Made by a program: the position numbers and the translations under genes. A stretch of 32,000 nucleotides of DNA from Trichodesmium erythraeum IMS101 (lineage in GTDB: Bacteria; Cyanobacteriota; Cyanobacteriia; Cyanobacteriales; Microcoleaceae). The number at the start of each line of letters is the position of its first letter. The first letter of the stretch is position 1. Of the stretch, positions 8,960-17,633 are shown piece after piece. The notes under the pieces were generated by a model, which made no database searches, had not been told where the DNA came from, and was given only the letters and a program-made list of their open reading frames with translations. The stretch covers positions 7,500,001 through 7,532,000 of the forward strand of contig NC_008312.1 of NCBI RefSeq assembly GCF_000014265.1, given 5' to 3'.

Positions 8960-10190
8960 CCTATCCTGGGTTGATTATTTATTCAAAAAACTTTAAATAC
9001 TCTTAAAAATATGATAAAAAAGGGGTGATAATTAAACAAAAAAAATAAAAATGAACATAGGTAATTATCAAGACCAAATAAAGTAGAAATTAAGTCCAGC
9101 TCAATTGAAAATATTAAAAATATTGTTATACTTAATTTCAGTACATAAAGTTGTACAAATATCAAAATTATCACCTTATTTTTCTCTACCAATTCAATCT
9201 AAAAGTCGCCAAAAACACATATAACGTTTTTCAACATTAAAACAATTAATTTTTCCTATATTCTGGTTTATTTTCGTAAAAATCATGGTGAAAACTCTGC
9301 TGTTATCACCATCATAATTAGTGTTATTGTTAGATAAAATCTAGTGGCAAAATATTAATATTTTCATGTTTAATATTATTTGAAAAAAAATAGAATTACC
9401 TATATCATAGAAGATTTGAAGTGATAAAAGTGCAAGTTATCTCACAAAAAAAACAAGCAGAAATTCGTTCTATATTAAGATTGTTGAAGAAATATAAACT
9501 AATTTTAGTAATAGATATAGAATTTCATAGTATTTATTTATCATATTGGTTAAAAAATTATCGTCAAAAACATCTATATTTTGCATTTAGACAAAGAAAA
9601 ATAACCCAAATTAAGGTTGGGAATAAGTATTGTGAAGTACAAAAATTAAACGTAAATGTCGGAAAAAAAAATATTACTCAAATTAAGCAAGTCGGTCTCC
9701 AAAATTTATTAATATATAAAAAACGCCAAATAAACAAAAAAAATATATTATAAACCTGGTATATAATCAGTAATTTCTCATCATCGGATAAAATTAATAA
9801 AGTATATAGTACAAGAATAGGAATTAACGCCATGTTCAAAGATTGTCACCTCTACTTTTACAATCTTGAAGGACCAAAAGCAAATTAAACTAGACTAAAT
9901 AATTTGATTTTACTAACAGCTATTTCTGACATAATTAGTTCATTTAAAGGAAAAAAAATCAAAAATTAAGATATTTAAAAATATATGAATAAAAAAGGTA
10001 GGATAGAGAGAATAAGTAGTAGCTTTTGGCTTAGATTATATGGTTTTTTTGGACATTTTATGATGTTTTTATCCAAGAATAGGTAGAAAATTTAATGAGG
10101 CTAAATTCTCATAAGTTACCCTATTATCGAAAAGGAATTCAAGCTATATTAAAGATTAATATGCTGTACAATAGTTGATTTTTTATTATT

Positions 10191-11324
10191 AGACATCTCC
10201 AAAATAAAAAATAAGGTAAAATTATCAAAACCATTTATTTATAAAGTCTCCCAAATGAATCCAACTTTAGAATATATTTATAACCATCCAAAAGAAACAA
10301 AAAGAATTATTGGCATTACTTATGAACAGCTAATAAAATTAATAGCAAAGGCCCAAATAATAGAATCAGAGAAAAAGAAGGCGATCGCTAAAACAGAAAA
10401 AAGATTAATTAAAGCAGGTGGAGTCAGAAAAAAGAATTTAACAAAGGAGGAAGAAATAATTTTAACGTTATTTTATTTACATCAAATACCGACTTTTCAA
10501 ACATTAGGAATTAACTTTGGTATAAGTGAATCAAGTGCTAATAATATTTTTCATTACTGGATAGATATTCTCAGAGAATTACTGCCAGCAAGTTTATTAG
10601 AACAAGTAAAAAAAAAAAGAAAATGAATTGGAATGGGTAAAGGAGATATTAACAGAATTAGAATTAATTGTAGATAGTACAGAACAAAGTAGAGAAAGAC
10701 CAAGTGAATATAAAGACCAATAAAAATATAAAATATGAAAAAATAAAAATCATACTTTTAAAAATCAAATAATAACGACACCAAAAGGAACAGAAATAGT
10801 AGATGTAATAGTAGGAGAAAAAGGTCCAGTAAGTGATGTAAAAATATTAAGAAAACAACAGGATAAATTTGATAAAAAACAAAAATTTCAAGGAGATAAA
10901 GCTTATGAAGGAGTAGAAAGAACTACTACACCAAAAAAGAAACCAAGAAAAAAAGAAATGCCGCTAGAAATCAAAGAAGAAAATCAAGAAAAAGCCAGAA
11001 AGAGAATATTTGTAGAACATGTAATAAGATTAATTAAAATATTTGGAATTGCTAGAGAAAGATTCAGATTAAAAGATAATAATTATCAAAAAGTAATCTT
11101 AACAATATGTGGTTTAGTGCGACTAAGAATTGGATCTTTTATATTAGCATAAACCATCAAAAGCTGAGATAAAAAGAATAAATTAAAGTACAATAAATAT
11201 TTGAATTAGTAACACAAAGTATCTCTGATGCCCATAAAACTGTACAAATTAACTATCTTCATAAGTAGCGATCGCACCACTAAAGATAGTTAGGATAAGC
11301 GTTTGAGTATTTTTGGAGATGTCT
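10191..11324 (+). mobile_element. Small IS5/DDE_Tnp_4-family element (ISZ) nested in the tail of ISY copy 1; the transposase has an A-run frameshift and in-frame stops
   Basis: The inverted repeats are AGACATCTCCAAAA (10191 on) and TTTTGGAGATGTCT (to 11324), with a 3-bp duplication ATT (10188-10190 and 11325-11327). ORF 10255-10626 is the HTH part (..LFYLHQIPTFQTLGINFGISESSANNIF..). The downstream frames give LIVDSTEQSRERP, stop-containing ..KNHTFKNQ.., FQGDKAYEG and RIFVEHVIRLIKIFGIARERFRL (ORF 10958-11152). Confidence 0.85.
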
Positions 11325-11400
11325 ATTAATTAAAACTAATAAGATTTACCTTTTTTATAATATTGTTTGCTATCTTACTTGAACTATTATTTAAGGCGAT

Positions 11401-11445
11401 TAGGGGGTGTAGTGCGAGCGCAGAGCGCTCGCACTACACCCCCTA
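11401..11445. repeat. 45-bp perfect palindrome at the head-to-tail junction of ISY copies 1 and 2
   Basis: TAGGGGGTGTAGTGCGAGCGC - AGA - GCGCTCGCACTACACCCCCTA: 21-bp arms and a 3-nt centre. Confidence 0.95.
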
Positions 11446-12831
11446 CCCATGGTTGATTATTTATTCATTAAAACATTAAAAAAAACTGTTAAAAATATGA
11501 TAAAAAAGGGTTAATAATTACAAAAAAAAAGAAGAAAAAGTGAATATATTAGGCTTTTATCAAGACCATATTAAGCAAAAGTTGAGTCCATCTCAAGTAG
11601 TAACATTACAAATATTATTATACTTAATTTCAGTACATAAAACTGTACAAATATCAAAGCTAACCAATTATTTTCAGCTACCAATTAAATCAGAACGTAA
11701 GCGAAAACTTATGCGAAAGATTTTTAACCCTAAAGGAATTAAGTTTACCTATATTTTGGTTCCCTTTAGTCAAAATAATGGTAAAAAATCTCTTCAGCTT
11801 TACCTCAGAGTTAGTGTTGATTTTAGACCGCACTCAGTGGCAAAATATTAATATTTTAATGATAACTGTAGCTTGGAAAAAGAGAGCTTTACCTATATAT
11901 TGGAAGATTTTATCTCATAAAGGAGCTAGTAATTTAACCGAACAAAAATCAGTAATTCGCCCTGTATTAAAATTATTGAAAGCACACAAAATAATTCTCA
12001 CAGCACCCTAGAATTCCACAGTATTTTCCTGTGCCATTGGTTGAAAGAATATAAAAAAAAAGACGTATATTTTGTCTTGAGACAAAAAAAATCAACTATG
12101 ATAAAACGAGGGAGAAAATATTGTCAACTCTCAGAGTTAAAAGTAAATATCGGTGAATCCCAACTATTATTGAATCAAAAAATTACCAAAATTTTGAAGG
12201 TAGGAACATATAATTTACTTGTATATAAAAGACAGAAATATCGTCACAATTCTGTTTCAGAGAAATGGTATATTCTCTCCAATTTATCATAGTAATGTGG
12301 AAAAGTTAAAAAAATATATAGCCAGAGAATGGCCATAGAAGCCATGTTTAAGGATTATAAAACTGGTGGTTATAATCTAGAATCAGCAAAAGCCAACGAA
12401 ACTAGACTTAATAATCTAATTTTATTAATAGCTATTTCATACACAATTAGTTCATTTAAAAGACAATAAATTAAAAATAAAGGAGTTCAAGAATATATAT
12501 CAAGAACTAATGAAAGAGGTAGAAAAGAAAGAAGAAACAGTAGTTTTTGCTTAGGGTTATCTAGTATTTATTGGGCAATAAATGATGATTTAATGTGGAA
12601 ATTAGTAGAAAATTTAATGAGCCTTAATCCTCATAAATTACTATATTATCGCAGGGGAATAAAAGCGATGAATAAAGTGGTTAATTAGACTGTAATTTTT
12701 GATTAAAAATTAATTAATAAAGTTAAGTTTTTTCATGATATTATTCTACCGCACAACTTGAATTATTCCTCAGCCCCTGAAGGCAAATCCTTTTATATAT
12801 ATAGCTTTCAACTGGCTTGTCACTCCGTGAG
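11401..12831 (+). mobile_element. ISY copy 2, the least decayed IS4-family-like copy (frameshifted transposase, roughly 11540-12690); it lacks the outer ~100 bp of the left end
   Basis: ORFs 11540-11851, 11778-12011 and 12041-12292, plus downstream frames, give ..ILDRTQWQNINILMITVAWKKRALPIYWKIL.., (D)REFHS.., MAIEAMFKDYKTGGYNLESAKANETRLNNLILLIAISYT and ..LMSLNPHKLLYYRRGIKAMNKV, an IS4-like DDE layout. The copy ends in GCTTGTCACTCCGTGAG (12815-12831), the inverse of the left terminus at 2923-2939. Confidence 0.7.
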
Positions 12832-13014
12832 GGGCTGTCCATAGCGGTTTTCATTTTAGTAGACTACAGTAGGGACGTTCTATGAAACCTTCCTACAAGG
12901 TTTTGGTTGTGAGGATGTGGTTTATCAATCTGAAAAGCGCTGTCAAAATAATATTACTAACTTTTGCAACTAGACACTAGCTGATAGTTGACAGCTGAAT
13001 GCTTACATATAATC

Positions 13015-13353
13015 TGGAAATTAGTGGAAAATCTAATGAGCTTTAGTCCTCATCAATTCACCTATTATAAAAAGGGAATTAAAGGGATGAATAAACTACT
13101 TAATATTAAATTATCTCCCTCGTCACTAAAATTAATAAAAGTCAGTTTTTTCTGATGTTGTTTGCTACTTTAATTGAACTATATGTTCAATATATAAATG
13201 AATAAATAATCAACTCAGATAATAGATAGGAGTGAATTGGCGATCGCTACCTCTCAAACTCAATAAGCTTTCTTTTTGAATTGAAGAATAATTCAATTTA
13301 TTGTCTCAAATTGTCACTATATTTACCATTAAGCTTGCTTGTCACCCCCTGAG
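13015..13353 (+). mobile_element. Solo 3' end of a further ISY copy
   Basis: It repeats the tail ..LVENLMS.SPHQFTYYKKGIKGMNKL, then TGAATAAATAATCAAC (the inverse of GTTGATTATTTATTCA in the left ends). A degenerate palindrome centred on GCGATCGC follows, then the terminus GCTTGTCACCCCCTGAG (13337-13353). Confidence 0.6.
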
Positions 13354-13373
13354 CCTGCATATATAGATATATA

Positions 13374-14399
13374 AGAGTTGTTGGGAAATAAGGTAAAATA
13401 ATTTCAGAAAAAATTTGCCATAAAAATGCTAAATATTGAACGAGCCTTAAAACAAGACAGATTACTCAGAGCATTAACACCCATTAAACCGTAAAGCATT
13501 TGAATCTTTCTTGGAGTCCTTTGGGCAAATGTATGAGCAAACATTGCACTCGCTCACCTCGTCAACGCTCTGTTGGAGGAGGTCTTTTGGCTCGTTTACG
13601 CACTCTACAAGACAAATTGTTTGACATTCTCTTCTACTTTAAATGTTACCCGACTTTTGACTTAGCTGGTATCTTGTTTGATATCGACCGTAGTCAAGCA
13701 CATTATTGGGTTCATCGCTTACAAACTATGTTAGAAGCAGCCTTGGGAGAAAAAAAGGCGCGATGCATTGCGTCAAATTAACAGTGTCCAAGGATTCATA
13801 GAGCGTTTCCCTCGAGTAGAACGAGTGATAATGGATGGCACAGAACGGCCAGTACAAAGACCAACTCACTCTGAAAAACCAAAACTGAATTATTCAGGAA
13901 AAAAAAAGCGTCACACTCGCAAACATCTAGTAGCAGTTAATCAAAACAAGAAAGTGCTGGTATTGAGTCAGGCACGAGAAGGAAAGCTGCATGAAGTCGA
14001 AGTTCCATGACCAGGAAAAATTGATAGGAAATATACCTCTAGAGATTCCGATAGAAGTAGACAGTGGTTTCCAAGGTCTCCACGCATCAGTATGAAAATA
14101 TCCGAATCCCCCATAAAAAACCAAAAGGGGGAGAGTTAAGTGAGCAACAAAAACAGATTTTCGGAAATTGAGTCAATCAAGGGTAGTCTGTGAAAACGCC
14201 TTGGCGGGCGTCAAGCGTTATGGAGCTGTCAGTCAGATTTCTCGTAATCACAAGTATGATTTTGATGACAAATTAATGCTAACAGCAACTGGTGAGTGGA
14301 ACTTATATCTGATGACAGCATAAGTAGTCAAATTACTAGGGAAATATGTCAAGTTTTCGTTTGAGTTTTTTCTCTCCTAAGTTATTTCCCAACAACTCT
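13374..14399 (+). mobile_element. ISX-A, full-length copy B (1026 bp)
   Basis: A base-by-base comparison with copy A (offset 5870) shows identity except for one missing C (A: AAAACCAGATTTT at ~8281-8293; B: AAAACAGATTTT at ~14151). The inverted repeats are the same. The flanks are ATA (left) and ATT (right). Confidence 0.9.
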
Positions 14400-14461
14400 A
14401 TTACGTCAGTCCTATTTATATTAACCTTGAAACTTCTGTGGTACTTTGAACTGACTATAGT

Positions 14462-14478
14462 GCGGGCAGGATGCCCGC
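14462..14478. repeat. Short GC-rich hairpin (GCGGGCA-GGA-TGCCCGC) downstream of the 108-aa gene; a related copy lies at 23445-23461
   Basis: A 7-bp stem and 3-nt loop lie 47 nt past the stop of the minus-strand ORF, with no U-tract. The reverse complement matches 15/17 with GCGGGCATCTTGCCTGC at 23445-23461, and the flanks are loosely similar. Confidence 0.4.
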
Positions 14479-14524
14479 CAGCTAATGAATTCAATCAAAT
14501 TTCCTAGGAACTTAACTTCTGAGT

Positions 14525-14851
14525 TCAACATGACTCTGGTAAAATCTCAGTAACAGTCTCATAAAAATTAATTTCTGGTGGTTTGGCAAATAAATGTGAA
14601 ATTTTTGCCAATGTTGCTTTATAATCATCAGTTGAATTAGCATCCATATCTTCAACTCCTTCCCAAAAAATTACAGCAATACCTTTATCTGTTCCTGGCA
14701 ACTGTAATAAATAGGCACCTTTAAAACCTTTATTATAAGTCTTAACTGCCTTTTCATAAAGTTCTTTTGCTTCTTGAAACCTTCCAGGTTTAAATTCTCC
14801 CACCGCAACATAAGCGTATTTGTGCTTCAAAAAGTCCATAAAATCTGACAT
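14525..14851 (-). CDS. Hypothetical 108-aa protein
   Basis: An intact ORF with non-repetitive composition (..AYVAVGEFKPGRFQEAKELYEKAVKTYNKGFKGAYLLQLPGTDKGIAVIFWEGVEDMDAN..). It lies on the same strand as the PAD-like gene, 355 bp downstream of it. I cannot assign a family. Confidence 0.6.
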   Translation of the reverse strand: MSDFMDFLKHKYAYVAVGEFKPGRFQEAKELYEKAVKTYNKGFKGAYLLQLPGTDKGIAVIFWEGVEDMDANSTDDYKATLAKISHLFAKPPEINFYETVTEILPESC

Positions 14852-15206
14852 TTCTTTCTCTCAATCTACAAGTTTTAAATTTTTGACTGTATTAGAACTC
14901 ATACCATATAATGAGAAAACTATTATATTAAAAATTTAAGTAGGTATTGAACCTAGCTTAATTAACTGCTAATTAACCCCACACAAATCGAAAATGATGG
15001 TGTGAGGCTCAAGAGCAACTTCTAATAACCCATGATATTGCTTCCTTCGACTCCATTCTAGTCCCAATAACTTTATAGTTAGTGTTTATCCTGATATAAT
15101 ATCACCCAAATATCAAAGAAAATTTGAAAAATATAATTATTGTAGTTAGCAATTTACCAGGATTTTACTCTCGAAACCCTCCATATAGCTGTTAATTGCT
15201 GCTATA

Positions 15207-17504
15207 TTATTTCGTATCTACCATATCTAAACTTTGCCCTCTAAACCCTAATATATTTTCAGATAAGGATTTCCAGAAAGGATGATTTTTTCCTAAGCGA
15301 GTTGTATTCACAGCATCATGTACATTTCCTCTTAGTTGTTGATAATATTGATCATCCATAAAATTAATATTTAAGCTTGAATTCGACACCAACCTGCGAA
15401 ATTTCTCTTGAGTATAATCTCGACCATTAATTAATGCTCCTCCGGGACTAGAAACCAATAATTCTCCATTAATTACCACTGAATTAACCATATTCGGCCA
15501 CCAAGCATAACCGCTATATCCAAACATAGCTGGTACTTGAATTATCTGGTCATTGCTCAGATTAAATTCCTGTTTTAACTTCTCAATTAATGGGTTTAAT
15601 TTTTCCCGTTGTAAATAGAGATTATGCTGAACTAACTTTTCATTTTTCAACGCAGCCCGCACTGTTATTTGAGTGCTTAAACCACGATTTATAGCAGCTT
15701 TACCATAGTTTTCTTCACTGAGTTCTTCTAATAATTTGACCCCTGCTTCTGGACTCACAATTAACATTAGAGGTTTGCCAGTTTTACTAGGAATAAAACT
15801 AATAATTTCATCTACATGACGCATCATTAACCAAGAAGTATCAATATCTACTGGGGGACCCTGAATTTTCTGTGCTTTGATGAAATCAATAATATCAGGA
15901 TTCATACCCACTTCACCTGCTTTCCCATAATAAACTCTTCCCATAGGATATCCTGGTAAAGGTGGTGTTACTTCTAGATTTCCATAAGCATCTGCCCACC
16001 TGTTGAGAGGATCTAGTTGTCTGGGTTTACCAACTTCAAACCAACCAAAATTTTCTTTGAGGAGGCTTCTAGCATACTGATCATTTTCCTGTAGACGGTT
16101 ACCTTTAAGTACCACATTCATATTGTGCATTTTACCTTGAGTGGGAAACTGCACATAACCTATTTTTTTAGTATCTTGCATCCAGGTTGTTCCGCCAGGA
16201 TTAATTTTAGCTGTCACACCTGTTTTTTCAATAATTTCAGTGATTTTACTGATAAACTTTTGATTAGCTAAACCTCGCTCACTAACGTGCAGTTCTTTGA
16301 CTGGAGCAGTATTAGGAGACATTAACCAAGGAACTACACCTATTTGAATACTATCAGAAGCAATTTGTCTACCATTTTTTTTAGCTATCGCTGTCAAGTT
16401 AACAACTCCTTTCCAGTCCCTGTCAGCAAATTGTTTAGCTTCTACACCTAATACTATCTTTGCTCTAGATATTAATGCTTCAGTGCCAGAAAGATCTACT
16501 GGTTGCCATCCAGATTCTGTTTTTTGGAAGATATTGATATAGTTATTAACATCTGCGTCAGTAGAGATGTAGATTTGAGCATCTCTATAGTTTTCTGCTA
16601 ATCGAATATTGACAATAGCTAAATCTGCTACATCATTTTCACCATTAACATCCCCATCTCGCCAATCTGGGATTAGATCGCCGTTATCATCATCATTATT
16701 AAATAACATTAATGCACCTTCTGATAAAGACCAGTTTTCTCTACCTGACTTGTCAGTTTCATCCACTTTCCCATCTCTGTTAGTATCACCATACATGGTA
16801 AAACCTGGAGATAAACTATATGCAATGGGTCGATAAGTTTTGGTATGGCTATTTGTCTTCTTTTCTTTCTCTTTTTCCCATACTCTTACTGCCATTACTT
16901 TTTCATAACAGGCCACTGCTAGATACCCCTGATATTCAAGCATTTTTTCGATCGCTTTATCTGTCATCAATGAATCTTGAGGAATTTGACGTAAACTATA
17001 AATTGCCTCTAACCAAAGATTTTCTGCTTCTTCCCAGGTTTGATAATTTGCTTGTAGTTTTTTTCCTTTTGCTACAGCATTGGTTGCTATGCTCAGTGCT
17101 TGTTTCCAACTTTGAAGAGCTTTTTCTTCTTTAATAATTTTTGCTTCTATACTGCGGAAGTCTTTCAAAGTTTTTTCATACTGTTGTAACTGGAATTGGT
17201 ATTGCCAAGGTTCCCTAACTTTCTTGAAGTTTGGCATTTTAGAGACTCGCTCTAGTTCTACTTTTAATTGATCTTTTATCTGGTACAGTTCTGTCAGTGA
17301 ACTTATTGTTTTAGGAATTTTTAAGTTCTTGTTTATCGACTTGATAGTTTCTAAGGCAGAAATTTCTGAGTTAGCTGGCTCAGGAAGTGAAGATTGTGCC
17401 ACTGCTTGAGGTACAGGTACCCAGATAATTCCTACTAATGCCCCAACAGTATTTACTAGAGCTATTTTTATGTATTGTATCCAACCCATAATATATATCC
17501 TCAT
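15207..17504 (-). CDS. Secreted protein-arginine deiminase (PAD)-family homologue with an N-terminal signal peptide and helical extension; the catalytic Cys position is Asp
   Basis: A 765-aa intact ORF. The N-terminus IALVNTVGALVGIIWVPVPQAVA-QSS is signal-peptide-like. PAD-type blocks are DTNRDGKVDETD, GALMLFNNDDDNGD, VVPWLMSPNT, TTWMQDTKKIGYVQFP, YGNLEVTPP, WLMMRHVDEIISF, WWPNMVNSVV and C-terminal GNVHDAVNTTR. A possible alternative start is Met6. Confidence 0.85.
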   Translation of the reverse strand: MRIYIMGWIQYIKIALVNTVGALVGIIWVPVPQAVAQSSLPEPANSEISALETIKSINKNLKIPKTISSLTELYQIKDQLKVELERVSKMPNFKKVREPWQYQFQLQQYEKTLKDFRSIEAKIIKEEKALQSWKQALSIATNAVAKGKKLQANYQTWEEAENLWLEAIYSLRQIPQDSLMTDKAIEKMLEYQGYLAVACYEKVMAVRVWEKEKEKKTNSHTKTYRPIAYSLSPGFTMYGDTNRDGKVDETDKSGRENWSLSEGALMLFNNDDDNGDLIPDWRDGDVNGENDVADLAIVNIRLAENYRDAQIYISTDADVNNYINIFQKTESGWQPVDLSGTEALISRAKIVLGVEAKQFADRDWKGVVNLTAIAKKNGRQIASDSIQIGVVPWLMSPNTAPVKELHVSERGLANQKFISKITEIIEKTGVTAKINPGGTTWMQDTKKIGYVQFPTQGKMHNMNVVLKGNRLQENDQYARSLLKENFGWFEVGKPRQLDPLNRWADAYGNLEVTPPLPGYPMGRVYYGKAGEVGMNPDIIDFIKAQKIQGPPVDIDTSWLMMRHVDEIISFIPSKTGKPLMLIVSPEAGVKLLEELSEENYGKAAINRGLSTQITVRAALKNEKLVQHNLYLQREKLNPLIEKLKQEFNLSNDQIIQVPAMFGYSGYAWWPNMVNSVVINGELLVSSPGGALINGRDYTQEKFRRLVSNSSLNINFMDDQYYQQLRGNVHDAVNTTRLGKNHPFWKSLSENILGFRGQSLDMVDTK

Positions 17505-17633
17505 GTATAGTTATAAATTTTAGCTAATTTCTACCAATTTATTCTGTGTTACAGAAGTCGAAACTTATAAGTCAAAAGTTAATAGTCAATGGTGAGTAGG
17601 GAGTAGCTTATAAGGGGAGATTATTTATAATAG

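Larger units (their letters stand above)
2923..11400 (+). mobile_element. IS4-family-like element ISY, copy 1, heavily decayed. It is split into 2923-2980 and 8876-11400 by a 5.9-kb insertion and carries a second nested IS at 10191-11324
   Basis: The left terminus CTCACGGGGTGACAAGC...TTTACAGGTTTATA (2923-2980) plus CTGAATAATAGTCC... (8881 on) is collinear with the left end of copy 3 (23881-24060). Its body is homologous to copies 2 and 3 (e.g. ORF 9421-9753 versus 12041-12292). The tail resumes after the nested IS at 11325. Confidence 0.6.

Noticed and set aside
8983-9753. ORFs 8983-9192(-) and 9421-9753(+) in very AT-rich DNA
   Set aside because: Both lie inside decayed ISY copy 1. 9421-9753 is a relic of the central IS4-like transposase (homologous to 12041-12292), not a separate gene. 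8983-9192 is antisense low-complexity sequence.
16609-17134. Plus-strand ORFs 16609-16836 and 16820-17134
   Set aside because: They are antisense shadows inside the 765-aa PAD-like gene.
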